DNA of 29,069 nt from Promethearchaeia archaeon (GCA_029856155.1 JAHQWL010000065.1:1-29069), one strand, 5' to 3'; shown: positions 19,579-28,929, counted from the stretch's first letter. Numbers and translations: made by a program. Notes: generated by a model not told the origin, from the letters alone.

Positions 19579-21117
19579 TTATTCATTCTTTTTCTTTTCC
19601 ATAGATTTTCTAAATCTCTCCAAGAGTTTCCTCGGTGTAACAGTCGGTCTTTCATATCTTTTTAGTTTCGACTTAATACCAAAAAGATATTTTGCTATGT
19701 CTTTCAATTTTTCTAAATCATAGCGCATCATCATCGTAATAGTTTCCATCTGGGGAGAACCACCTCCATGTAATCCTGCTACTTGCATCACTCCTGCTAA
19801 ATCAGAAACTGCTAAATTCTCTATCCCCTTAAAACATCTAAGCATGTATTCTGGTTTAACTCGAGGATTTCGTTTTAAATATTTCATTGCCAACTCACCA
19901 ACCTCTTCATTATAAAAAGTCTCTTCATATGGTAAAGTTGCAATTAATCCTCCAGAAAGATCTGCTAATATTTTATATTCCTCATAAATCATCTCTCCTG
20001 CCAGTCTTCTCCCTGCATTTGTAAGTATCTCATCAGGTACTTGAGTACCGGAAGGTGCCTTTTCTGAATGTTTTGCACTTGACTCTCCAGCAGCGAACAC
20101 GAGTTCAGCAGTACCTATTATATGGGACAATTTATCTCTTGCATGAGAAGTCTTATCAATCCCATTATACTCTGCTACTAATGCAGCAGCACTCGCAATC
20201 ACTTCTGATACTGCTGGTTTACAACCTGTATAGCTATGTCTGTGATAATGAGCAAACATCAGTGCTAAAAATCCAGCATAGGGAGTTTGTCTAGGATCTG
20301 CATGCCCATTTAAGAATACTCGCTCATTTGGTACAAAAACATCGTCAAAAACGATGAAAGTTTCAACATCTCCCACTTCTAATCCTGGTGCGTCATAAAC
20401 TTTACTCTTTCTAAAATTAGCAGGTCGACAAAGTAATTTTACACCATCCCAATCAGTTGGTAATGCAAAAGCTACAGCATAATCTTTATCTTCAGGTCCC
20501 ATATAACGAACTGGAACAGCAATCATCTCATCAGCATATGCTGTATTTGTAATATTAAGTTTACAACCTCTCACAACAATACCATCATCTCTGGTTTCAA
20601 TTACTCTCAGATATTGATCGGGATCCTCCTGTTCATGAGGTCTCTTTAAACGATCTCCTTTTGCATCAGTTTGAGCACAACTAGCCACTAAATCGTTTTC
20701 TTGAAAAAATTCCATATATTTTTTAAATCGCTCATAATAGTCGGTTCCAAGTGATTGGTCCATTTCATAGGTTATTACTGAGAGCGCATTAAGTGAATCG
20801 ATACCCATACAACGTTGAATACAGCCACCCACACGATGACACAGAAGTCTTGTCATTAACTGTTTTTTGAGTAAATCATCCTTGCTTTGATGAATATGAG
20901 TAAATCGATTAATTTTCTTGCCGGTAAGATGGCTTGTTGCTGTACAGAGATCTTCCCATTCGGGCTCATGAACATGGTCAAAAGTTTCTTTTATGATTCT
21001 CATTCCTCCTCTTATACGCGGGTCATCTCTTCCAACCTTTTGATCGCCAATCCAAATGTTTGGCTTCAACTTTTTTAAATCTTCAACATATTGTTCATAT
21101 GTGCGAATTTTAATCAA
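19579..21117 (-). CDS. abfD: 4-hydroxybutyryl-CoA dehydratase / vinylacetyl-CoA isomerase
   Basis: Fe-S ligand motifs CIQRCMGID and HRHSYTGCK; QTDAKGDR; LHGGGSP. Confidence 0.85.
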   Translation of the reverse strand: MIKIRTYEQYVEDLKKLKPNIWIGDQKVGRDDPRIRGGMRIIKETFDHVHEPEWEDLCTATSHLTGKKINRFTHIHQSKDDLLKKQLMTRLLCHRVGGCIQRCMGIDSLNALSVITYEMDQSLGTDYYERFKKYMEFFQENDLVASCAQTDAKGDRLKRPHEQEDPDQYLRVIETRDDGIVVRGCKLNITNTAYADEMIAVPVRYMGPEDKDYAVAFALPTDWDGVKLLCRPANFRKSKVYDAPGLEVGDVETFIVFDDVFVPNERVFLNGHADPRQTPYAGFLALMFAHYHRHSYTGCKPAVSEVIASAAALVAEYNGIDKTSHARDKLSHIIGTAELVFAAGESSAKHSEKAPSGTQVPDEILTNAGRRLAGEMIYEEYKILADLSGGLIATLPYEETFYNEEVGELAMKYLKRNPRVKPEYMLRCFKGIENLAVSDLAGVMQVAGLHGGGSPQMETITMMMRYDLEKLKDIAKYLFGIKSKLKRYERPTVTPRKLLERFRKSMEKKKNE

Positions 21118-21369
21118 CTCTTAATAAACACTTTATATTTAAATTTAATACAATATACATAATCGAAAATTCGTTATAAATTAAACGACTAATTGAATAA
21201 ATTCTAGATTTTATAATTAATTACGCTGTTTCTGGACTTTTATTAATTTTAGATATCATAATCTTTAGTAAATTTTTAGATATTTTTAAAATGTATTATA
21301 ATTTGATATGTTTCGTTTAAATTATTGAAAAAAAGTAATATTATATTACATATTCAATACTCAGCTTTC

Positions 21370-21400
21370 AAAAAAAAAAAAAAATAAAAAAAAATAAAAA
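21370..21400 (-). terminator. Oligo-U tract, probable archaeal terminator
   Basis: ~31-nt near-pure A run on + strand, downstream of the putative ncRNA. Confidence 0.55.
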
Positions 21401-21510
21401 TCTTAATTGCTTTAGAAAACTCCATGATTCCTAAAAACTCAATAAACAGCCTATTTCCTGAACTTCTTCTATCACCTCTTTATTATTATTTTAAGGTGTC
21501 GACTTTCTTC

Positions 21511-21607
21511 AGGAGAAACGAATATATATAAGATGGAGAGCTCAACGGTCGAACTTCCGCCCGGATCGTCTCATTACTCTCCCGGGTGGATTCCCCTCAT
21601 TCCTCCC
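21511..21607 (-). ncRNA. Putative structured RNA with kink-turn and GNRA tetraloop, family unknown
   Basis: About 60% GC in 21535-21607; 12-bp terminal stem, 7-bp stem, AAU bulge with tandem GA/AG, GGAA loop; G-U pairs valid on minus strand only; starts ~30 nt after a TATA box. Confidence 0.7.
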
Positions 21608-21633
21608 TAATAATTAAATGGAACTTATTGCAA

Positions 21634-21686
21634 ATATAGTTTTTACTATGAAACTTTTTACAAAGTTCGAACAAAAAGAAAAGTTG
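21634..21686 (-). promoter_or_regulatory. BRE/TATA promoter with two abutting GAAC-N10-GTTC-like operators (copy 1)
   Basis: AAAAACTATAT (minus, 21644-21634); AAAC-N10-GTTC 21651-21668; GAAC-N10-GTTG 21669-21686; 34/39 identical to 28930-28968. Confidence 0.75.
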
Positions 21687-21716
21687 TAGAAGAAGTATTA
21701 TTTTGCAATATATTTT

Positions 21717-21750
21717 AAAAGGGTCATTATGCTTTTTGGAATGACCTTTT
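21717..21750 (-). terminator. Hairpin immediately after GTPase stop
   Basis: GGTCATT (21722-21728)/AATGACC (21740-21746) inverted repeat flanked by A and T runs. Confidence 0.4.
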
Positions 21751-21752
21751 TA

Positions 21753-22307
21753 TTATTCTGCAGATACTGTCTTGTGTTTATTATATATTTCATCAATAAT
21801 GGCATTAAACGCATCAATAACTCCATGACCCGTTTTAGCTGATGTTATAGAATACCCTAGGAAATTTCGTTTCCTCACTATTTCTTGAATTTTAAATTTA
21901 TCCAGTTTATATTCATCCACTAAATCAACTTTATTAGCAAAAACAACGATAGGGATATCTCCACAGAACTGTTTGATATCCTCATGCCAATATGAGATGT
22001 GGTTGAAACTTTCAGCACCAAGATCGTTTTCTTCGAGACTATACACAATTATAGCAGCGTTACTATTTTTAAAAAAAGAGGGTCGTGCAAAATTGAAATC
22101 ATCTTGCCCTGCGATATCCCAGAACATTAATCTGATTTTATCACCATCAATTTCTTTATCGTATATTGAGAATTGAGCTCCAATTGTTTTAATATAATCC
22201 TCAACAAATTCATTTTGAGTAAATTTTTGAATTAAAGAGGTTTTACCTACTCTTCCATCGCCTACTAATGTTATTTTAAATCTGAATTTTGACCTTGAAT
22301 CATTCAT
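21753..22307 (-). CDS. Ras-superfamily (Rab-like) small GTPase
   Basis: GDGRVGKT, TIGAQF, WDIAGQ, NKVD, SAK. Confidence 0.95.
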   Translation of the reverse strand: MNDSRSKFRFKITLVGDGRVGKTSLIQKFTQNEFVEDYIKTIGAQFSIYDKEIDGDKIRLMFWDIAGQDDFNFARPSFFKNSNAAIIVYSLEENDLGAESFNHISYWHEDIKQFCGDIPIVVFANKVDLVDEYKLDKFKIQEIVRKRNFLGYSITSAKTGHGVIDAFNAIIDEIYNKHKTVSAE

Positions 22308-22594
22308 TTAATTATCTCTTAGAACTAAGAATAGAAATGGTTATTTAAATTAAGATTAGTTTTATATAATTATAAAAGTTAGTTTTAGGTTTATTAAAGT
22401 TTTTCACCATTATTAAAGTGATATTCTTAGAACTTGAAACAAATTATAGGCCAATAAGATCATTATTGATAATTGTGTTATTACCTTTCAGACCGTTCGA
22501 TTTTTTAAAGTCCAGATGAAGTCTTGGATCATAAAGCATAAATAGATTTTAAGAACATATTCATTTAAAGATCATTTTACAAGGAGTATCAATT

Positions 22595-24517
22595 GTGGTC
22601 ACTAAATGTAATTATCCCCCTGAAGAGATTATAAAACCTGTTTTTGGAAAGCCCAACTATGAATTTATTATTTTATGGATTTTAAATAATAATGAGGTAT
22701 GTACTTGGGCCAATCTGAAAGCAAAAGTTAAACATTCAACGTTATCAATCTACCTAAACAAACTTAATGAGAAAGGATTCATTGAGAAAAGCGTATTCAA
22801 TCAGTATAAAATAACATCGAAAGGTAGAGATAGGTATTATGAACTATCTGAAGCAAGGCAGAAGAAGCGTAAATTAAGTTATCCCCCAAAAGCGATACTT
22901 AGAAGGAGAACTTATGACCATTGGATTCTTTGGATGGTATATAATAATAATTATTGTAAATGGTCGGATTTTCTTGAACCCCCTCTCGCAATCAATCAAT
23001 CTTCTTTATCTAAAAGCCTAAATTTATTATTAGATAAGGGATTTGTGAGAAAAGAAGAAAAGGAATACAGAATTACTCGATTAGGTAAGACAGAATATTC
23101 GAATATGCTAAGGCTATATGATCTAGACAGGCAATCAATCTTAGAGGAAGAAGGCAAACGGATTAAAGATATAACTAAAAGAACAATTAATTTCTTTGAA
23201 AAATACAAAATAAAAGACAGCGACATTAAATTTCGGTTTTTAAATAATAAATTAAAGCTGCCATATGAAAAAGTCAAATCCACTTTAGACAGTGAAGAAG
23301 AATATGATAAAGTTTTACTTTATCTTTCTATAAACCATCCAAACCGATTTCCTCTTTGCATATCTCCAGATGAGTTTTCAGAAAAGTATAACATCAATCT
23401 TGTTAAACTTAATTTCATTATTCTTCGAATCGTTGAAGAAAATATCTTTCCAATAAAATTTTTTACATTAGAGTCTTCTGATGAAAAAATCTTTTATTTT
23501 CAAGTAAATGAAAAATTAGAAAGAATGCTTAATGCGATTGTTGAGGACTATATCACTAAATTCTCATATTTAAACAATTTATACGAGGAAATCCCGAAGG
23601 AGACGTCACCTTTAACAATGGAAAGCACAGTAACAGCTATTTTAGATGAAATTTGTGATATTCTTTTCGATAATGGACTAAGGGAACCACTAAAGAATTT
23701 TTTGCCGAGTTATATTAATTATCTTGCTTACAAAATTGAGAGAGAGAGAAAATTATTAGATAGATATGATAAACTAGAAGGATTGATTTGGCAAGAGATC
23801 CAAATGAAATTTTTTGATCTAGTTGAAATTAATTATCCACTAGAATCAAATGAAGTGAACAATGCTCTTAGGGAGATTGAAAAAGCTATTAAATTGAACC
23901 CGAAAAAACCCGATCTATACTATTCAAAAAGTAAAATTTTAATTGATATAGGTGAATATAAGAAGGTATTAGCAATTTTAGATAAGATGCTTAAGGATTT
24001 TCCTAAAGAAGAAAAGAACATTCAAATTAAAATAGCGTATGTTCTTAAAGAAATGAAAGATATTGAATCAGGATTAGAAATTATCGATACATTACTTGAA
24101 AAATATTCAGATGATAATAATCTTCTTAACTATAAAGCCTCCTGGTTACAATATCTTAATCGTAAAGAAGATTGTTTAGAAACTATTCAAAATCTTATAG
24201 AGAGTGAGCCGGATAACGCTACTTTTCATGATACACATGGTGAAATTCTTATGTACTTTAATAATCATGAACAAGCTATTGAGGAATTTCAAAAAGCCAT
24301 TGAAATAAGCAGTGGTAATTGGTATGTATACCAAACTTACATTAAATTAGGGATCTGTTATAAGGAACTAGAAAATTATGATTTGGCAACTGAATATCTT
24401 CAAAAAGGAATAAAGTCTGCAGAACAATCAGCAGGTGATCCAGAAACAAAAACAAAATGGATTCCATTTGCGAATCTATTCCTCAGAGAGATAGAACTAC
24501 TAGAAGCTGAATTTTAA
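22595..24517 (+). CDS. Tandem winged-helix plus TPR protein
   Basis: Two similar MarR-like wHTH units (ILW..NN..C.W....S.LS..L..L..KGF....Y.IT..G); C-terminal TPRs. Confidence 0.85.
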   Translation: MVTKCNYPPEEIIKPVFGKPNYEFIILWILNNNEVCTWANLKAKVKHSTLSIYLNKLNEKGFIEKSVFNQYKITSKGRDRYYELSEARQKKRKLSYPPKAILRRRTYDHWILWMVYNNNYCKWSDFLEPPLAINQSSLSKSLNLLLDKGFVRKEEKEYRITRLGKTEYSNMLRLYDLDRQSILEEEGKRIKDITKRTINFFEKYKIKDSDIKFRFLNNKLKLPYEKVKSTLDSEEEYDKVLLYLSINHPNRFPLCISPDEFSEKYNINLVKLNFIILRIVEENIFPIKFFTLESSDEKIFYFQVNEKLERMLNAIVEDYITKFSYLNNLYEEIPKETSPLTMESTVTAILDEICDILFDNGLREPLKNFLPSYINYLAYKIERERKLLDRYDKLEGLIWQEIQMKFFDLVEINYPLESNEVNNALREIEKAIKLNPKKPDLYYSKSKILIDIGEYKKVLAILDKMLKDFPKEEKNIQIKIAYVLKEMKDIESGLEIIDTLLEKYSDDNNLLNYKASWLQYLNRKEDCLETIQNLIESEPDNATFHDTHGEILMYFNNHEQAIEEFQKAIEISSGNWYVYQTYIKLGICYKELENYDLATEYLQKGIKSAEQSAGDPETKTKWIPFANLFLREIELLEAEF

Positions 24518-24535
24518 TCAAAAAAAAGAAAAAAT

Positions 24536-26329
24536 TTAATTATTTTCTACTAGTTTTTCCAATTCATCTATTTTATCTGAGAGATATTTAACCCCTTTTT
24601 CCCAGAAGGTAGGATCATTTAAATCGATGCCAATTTCAGCTAGCATCTCTTCAGGAGAAAGTGAAGATCCAAGCGAAAGTAACTTTAGATATTTAGGAAC
24701 AAATTCCTCTTTTTGATCGAGATACATTTGATAAATTGAAATTACTAGAAGGTTGGACATGTTGTATGCATAAACATAGAATGGAACGTTTAGGAAGTGC
24801 GGAACTACAAAAATATAGTTTGCATATTCTTCACGGATATTAGTCATAGAATTACCGAACATTAATTCCATTTCTTTTACAAAAGCACCTTTGATTTCTT
24901 CTGTTGTAGGTAATTTTTTTTCTAATAATCCATGAATGGCTTTTTCAAATCTATAAAATGCGTTTTGTCTATGTGAAGTTCCAAACTTGGATTCAATAGT
25001 ATTACATAATAACGCAATTTTTTCATCCTTAGACAAATCTGTATTCATTAAATAATCAGTTATTAACATTTCATTGAATACAGATGCTATTTCAGCGACC
25101 ACGAGAGAAGTTTCTATATTTACAAAATTTTGTTCTCTTTGGATATAATATGCATGGAACGCATGACCAAGTTCATGAGCTAAAGCACGTATTGAATCAA
25201 CTGTTTCTACAAAATTAACAAAAACGAATCCATAATGTTTTTGTTTTCCATGTGAACAAAAGGCACCTCTATTTTTTCCTTTTCTTGGAGTTGCATCAAT
25301 ATGATTTATTTCAACCATCTTCTCTATGATGTCTTTAAATTCAGGACTAAATTTTTCATCAGAATCCATTATTAAATCTAAAGCTTCTTGGTAGGAATAT
25401 TTTCTAGTTATTTGTCCAATAGGAGCGTATAAGTCTGACATATGTAATTCGGGAAGGTTCAGGAGTTTTTTCTTTATGTTATAATATTTTTCAACGATAG
25501 TATAACTCTTTGTGGTAACTTTTCCACATACTTCAACACTCTCATCACTTACTTCATTTTCTAAGTTTCTTCTTGATATAGGTTGTTTGAAATTTCTTTT
25601 AGCGCATTCTAAATCCCAATCTCTTAAGATATTGTTATAAATATGGGTAAAAATCATCTCATTTTTCTTATATTCTGCCACAATTTTTTGTAGAGATTTG
25701 TATCGAAGATCCTTGTTCTCCTGATACATATAAGCAAAAAGTTCTGCTTCAGTCAGTTTCTTCATTTCGCCATCTACTTCAAAATCAAATGTAAAATTGC
25801 TTTTAAATTCACTATAAAGTTTGAGAAAACCTTTTACACCAGTCATATCTTTCATTAAGATAATTTGTTCTTCACTTTCCGAAAGTTGATGCATTTGTTT
25901 CATCCTATTAAATTTGAGAGCATGAGTATAACTTTTTAATTCTGGAGCTTTTGTTAATTCTTCAAATTTGCTATCAGAGATTTTATTCAACTCCAAATTA
26001 AAAAATAAGAGCTTTTGTTGAATTTTCACTTTAAACTCATCAATTTTTGAATAGAACGCTTTTACATCATCATTAAGATTATTTGTTCTTAATAATAATT
26101 CAGCAAACGAATCAAAGTAGAATGTTTTTTCAGACACTTTCTCATACTCCTTAAACCATTCTAGAAGGAGTTTTGGTGTGAGTGAAGGATCCTCTAACTT
26201 ACCCTTGACATTGTGATGAAAGTCTTTTGCTAATTTTTCTATCTCTTGGATATCTGTTTCAATTAATGGATCATTGATATCTTTATAGAAATCACTTAAA
26301 TCCCATTTAATAATATCTTGTTGCATCAT
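24536..26329 (-). CDS. pepF: Oligoendopeptidase F (M3B)
   Basis: WDLSDFY, PRKGKNRGAFC, HELGH, AEIASVFNE, HF..PFYVYAY; ATG 26329/26326 preferred over TTG 26347. Confidence 0.92.
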   Translation of the reverse strand: MMQQDIIKWDLSDFYKDINDPLIETDIQEIEKLAKDFHHNVKGKLEDPSLTPKLLLEWFKEYEKVSEKTFYFDSFAELLLRTNNLNDDVKAFYSKIDEFKVKIQQKLLFFNLELNKISDSKFEELTKAPELKSYTHALKFNRMKQMHQLSESEEQIILMKDMTGVKGFLKLYSEFKSNFTFDFEVDGEMKKLTEAELFAYMYQENKDLRYKSLQKIVAEYKKNEMIFTHIYNNILRDWDLECAKRNFKQPISRRNLENEVSDESVEVCGKVTTKSYTIVEKYYNIKKKLLNLPELHMSDLYAPIGQITRKYSYQEALDLIMDSDEKFSPEFKDIIEKMVEINHIDATPRKGKNRGAFCSHGKQKHYGFVFVNFVETVDSIRALAHELGHAFHAYYIQREQNFVNIETSLVVAEIASVFNEMLITDYLMNTDLSKDEKIALLCNTIESKFGTSHRQNAFYRFEKAIHGLLEKKLPTTEEIKGAFVKEMELMFGNSMTNIREEYANYIFVVPHFLNVPFYVYAYNMSNLLVISIYQMYLDQKEEFVPKYLKLLSLGSSLSPEEMLAEIGIDLNDPTFWEKGVKYLSDKIDELEKLVENN

Positions 26330-26465
26330 AAGAGAGAAAGTAAACAAATATTATTTGAATTTTACTAAGATTTATCATTGGATTTGGAATTTTTAGTCTT
26401 CGAACTAAAAAATTTTTGTTATTAATTTAAAAATACAAATAGGTTCATTACTTTTAATATAATTA

Positions 26466-26942
26466 ATGAAGGATAGAAAAATACCATATAATCCCAACCC
26501 AACTAATCCCATTGATGAGTATGCAGAAGTAAAGTTCAGTGATATTCATGGTTTAGGATTGTTTGTTAAAAAATTTATTCCAAAAGGTACGATATGGTGG
26601 CATGCACGCCCACAAGATGTATTAATTATTTTAAAAGATCAATTTTTAACTCTCAGTTCATCGCATGGCACATCTCAAATGAAAGATTTTTTACATAATT
26701 TACTCACGTATTCCTATTATGAAAGAGACACCGATTCTCTAATTTTTTGTCTGGATAACTCAAGATTTGTAAATCATTCTTTCAATGCTAATTCCGGCGC
26801 TTCCGAAGATGAAAATGGATTTTGTTCTGTAGCGTTAAGAGATATCCAACCAGGAGAAGAAATTACTGAAGACTATTCTAAATATACCTTTTGCAAATGG
26901 TTACAAAAATACAGAGACTACTTTGATCCATGCTGTTGGTGA
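26466..26942 (+). CDS. SET-domain methyltransferase
   Basis: SDIHGLGLF..I.KG, RFVNHS..AN, ALRDIQPGEEITEDY. Confidence 0.92.
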   Translation: MKDRKIPYNPNPTNPIDEYAEVKFSDIHGLGLFVKKFIPKGTIWWHARPQDVLIILKDQFLTLSSSHGTSQMKDFLHNLLTYSYYERDTDSLIFCLDNSRFVNHSFNANSGASEDENGFCSVALRDIQPGEEITEDYSKYTFCKWLQKYRDYFDPCCW

Positions 26943-26980
26943 GGTAATTATTCTTATAAATCAAATTTTTTTTAATTTAA

Positions 26981-28498
26981 TTACTTCTTTCCTTTATTAT
27001 CAACATTTATTTCTTCTTCTTCCGTATATGGTTTAACTGGCTTTAAGTAATCAATTGGATTATCACACACCCAACACACGTTTTCCAAATTGGTTAACGC
27101 TCTCGCACAGTTGTCACAATAAATCGCACCACACTCACAAATATATGAGAATCTTAATACTTCACCCCTACATACTAAGCAAATTTTCTTCTCTTTATGA
27201 ATTGCTACTTTTTCTTCAGTTATGAATGCAGGAAGCATAGCACGTTTCTCAATGATTTCCTCAATATGTTCGTTTAAATGAGCCAATTTTATACGCTCAT
27301 CCATAGGTGCTCCCATTTCCTTTAATTTTTCCCATATATCTGATTGCTTAAGTAATTTGGATTGTTCATTTGTAATCCTCTCTTTTAATTCTTTATACCC
27401 AAATCTTTCAGAAATTTTTTGAGCTTGAGTTATAAAACGTTTAGCTTTCTTAATATCAGAAGTTAATAAAGAAAATTTCGCTTGTAAAAGATAAGTCTCA
27501 GCTAAAATTACATACAAATGATGATGTTCAGCTAAATATAATAACTCTTGTATAAATGGTTGTATCTCATCTAGTATTTCGGGATCATTAGTTATCCGAA
27601 GTTCAATTAAAAATAAATCACATAAGTTTATAATCGCATCATAACGTTGTTCAATAGGTAAAGTATTATCCATAGCGATTTCTTTAAATATATCTTCTGA
27701 TTTGATCCGGTTTCTTGCTCGTAGACTTGATTTTAATAACAAAGCATTGTTATACCGATATAAGATGCTTGTCCTTTTGGTATCATATTCCTCTTTAATT
27801 TCATGCAACTTATCAAGGTAAACTTTTGCCTCTTTAATATCTCCCTTCTTAATATAGGTTTCGATTAGAATAGATAAAGGGAATCTCAGAATTGGCTTAT
27901 AATTAACCTTAACAACTTCCTTAGCATACATTATTGCTTTATCATATTCTTTCATCAACTTATATTTGTCAGCAATATTACTAAGGCTAGCAGAAATCAA
28001 TTCTTTATTAGATGTATCTTTTGCAAGTTCATATGCTTTTTTATTAAGCTCAAGAGAAGGTTGAATTTCTCCTTTAAAATAATGAATATTAGCTTTTATC
28101 CTTACCAAAAAAGATTCTCTTTCTCTTAGGTCTATTGTAAATGTTTCTTTAACAATTTTAAATAGATCCTCTGCTTGTTTAATTATATCTTCACTTTGAC
28201 TTACATTTCCCATAATACCATGGGCATATGCTTGAATAATTAAAGTATCAAAGGATGAAAGTAAATTTCCTTGTTTTTGAAATTCTTGGAAAATATCCTC
28301 TGCATAGTTAATGGCACCCAATAAGTCTCCTAATTTATATAAAAGATTAGCTTTAAAAAGTTTAATTGAGAGTAGTTCTTGATGAGTAAAATCATCTCTT
28401 TTTTCTAATTCTAAAATTATCTGTAGTGCTTCGTTAATCTTGCCTTCTCTCATTAAATGGTCTGCTTGCTTTAATTCCTTAGATTCAGAATGAGACAT
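26981..28498 (-). CDS. TPR-like solenoid with C-terminal Cys8 (RING-like) zinc finger
   Basis: Helical repeats; CLVC-x10-CEC-x4-CDNC-x10-CWVC. Confidence 0.8.
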   Translation of the reverse strand: MSHSESKELKQADHLMREGKINEALQIILELEKRDDFTHQELLSIKLFKANLLYKLGDLLGAINYAEDIFQEFQKQGNLLSSFDTLIIQAYAHGIMGNVSQSEDIIKQAEDLFKIVKETFTIDLRERESFLVRIKANIHYFKGEIQPSLELNKKAYELAKDTSNKELISASLSNIADKYKLMKEYDKAIMYAKEVVKVNYKPILRFPLSILIETYIKKGDIKEAKVYLDKLHEIKEEYDTKRTSILYRYNNALLLKSSLRARNRIKSEDIFKEIAMDNTLPIEQRYDAIINLCDLFLIELRITNDPEILDEIQPFIQELLYLAEHHHLYVILAETYLLQAKFSLLTSDIKKAKRFITQAQKISERFGYKELKERITNEQSKLLKQSDIWEKLKEMGAPMDERIKLAHLNEHIEEIIEKRAMLPAFITEEKVAIHKEKKICLVCRGEVLRFSYICECGAIYCDNCARALTNLENVCWVCDNPIDYLKPVKPYTEEEEINVDNKGKK

Positions 28499-28670
28499 TT
28501 AATTGATAAATTTAATAGCGTTTTACAATATTGGATCTATTTACTATTATAAGCTAATAGCTATTTTAAATCTAATGCAAAAAGCCTTATTTATGTTTGA
28601 AATTAATAAAAAATACTTATATCATGTTAAAGAAAATTTAAAAAAAAGAATAAGAAAAAAAATAGAATAA

Positions 28671-28757
28671 TTATAAGTCCTTAAATGTAAAGGAATATTT
28701 CTTTCGATTTAGGACATAATCAGAAAGGGTTGCTTCCATATCTTTTTTATTTGACAT
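28671..28757 (-). CDS. Putative 28-aa micro-protein MSNKKDMEATLSDYVLNRKKYSFTFKDL
   Basis: GGAGG SD 9 nt before ATG; followed by U-rich tract. Confidence 0.55.
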   Translation of the reverse strand: MSNKKDMEATLSDYVLNRKKYSFTFKDL

Positions 28758-28802
28758 TTTTATAATCCTCCAAAAAGTTTTTTTTTAAAATAATTAAAAT
28801 GA

Positions 28803-28880
28803 CTAATCTCGAATGACATCATGAGAAACTATGACATCATTCCTTATCTTGATAATTCGAGTCTGATTTATTTTTTTCAT
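28803..28880 (-). CDS. Putative 25-aa micro-protein MKKINQTRIIKIRNDVIVSHDVIRD
   Basis: GAGGT SD 8 nt before ATG; just downstream of promoter copy 2. Confidence 0.5.
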   Translation of the reverse strand: MKKINQTRIIKIRNDVIVSHDVIRD

Positions 28881-28929
28881 TTTTTTTTACCTCTTTGTTT
28901 TCTTAATTTTAATATGGATATGATTCAAT

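Noticed and set aside
19579-21117. 4-hydroxyphenylacetate 3-monooxygenase (HpaB)
   Set aside because: Same fold, but the Fe-S Cys/His ligands indicate AbfD
21400-21480. SD-like GAGGTGA downstream of the k-turn RNA
   Set aside because: No suitably spaced start codon with a convincing ORF follows
21535-21582. Hairpin as the SECIS for a selenoprotein
   Set aside because: The AUGA/GA core fits, but the upstream GTPase has no in-frame TGA, a separate promoter intervenes, and the TGA-containing gene lies 5 kb downstream
21511-21607. tRNA, SRP RNA, SAM-I or c-di-GMP-II riboswitch
   Set aside because: GUUCGA is present but there is no cloverleaf; the conserved cores and pseudoknots of the others were not found by eye
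707-23283. Short ORF-track entries overlapping real genes (707, 4646, 4895, 7237, 7685, 8121, 8176, 8597, 9542, 10759, 12239, 12771, 15018, 20055, 20887, 21973, 22996)
   Set aside because: Antisense or off-frame shadows of well-supported genes, with no motifs
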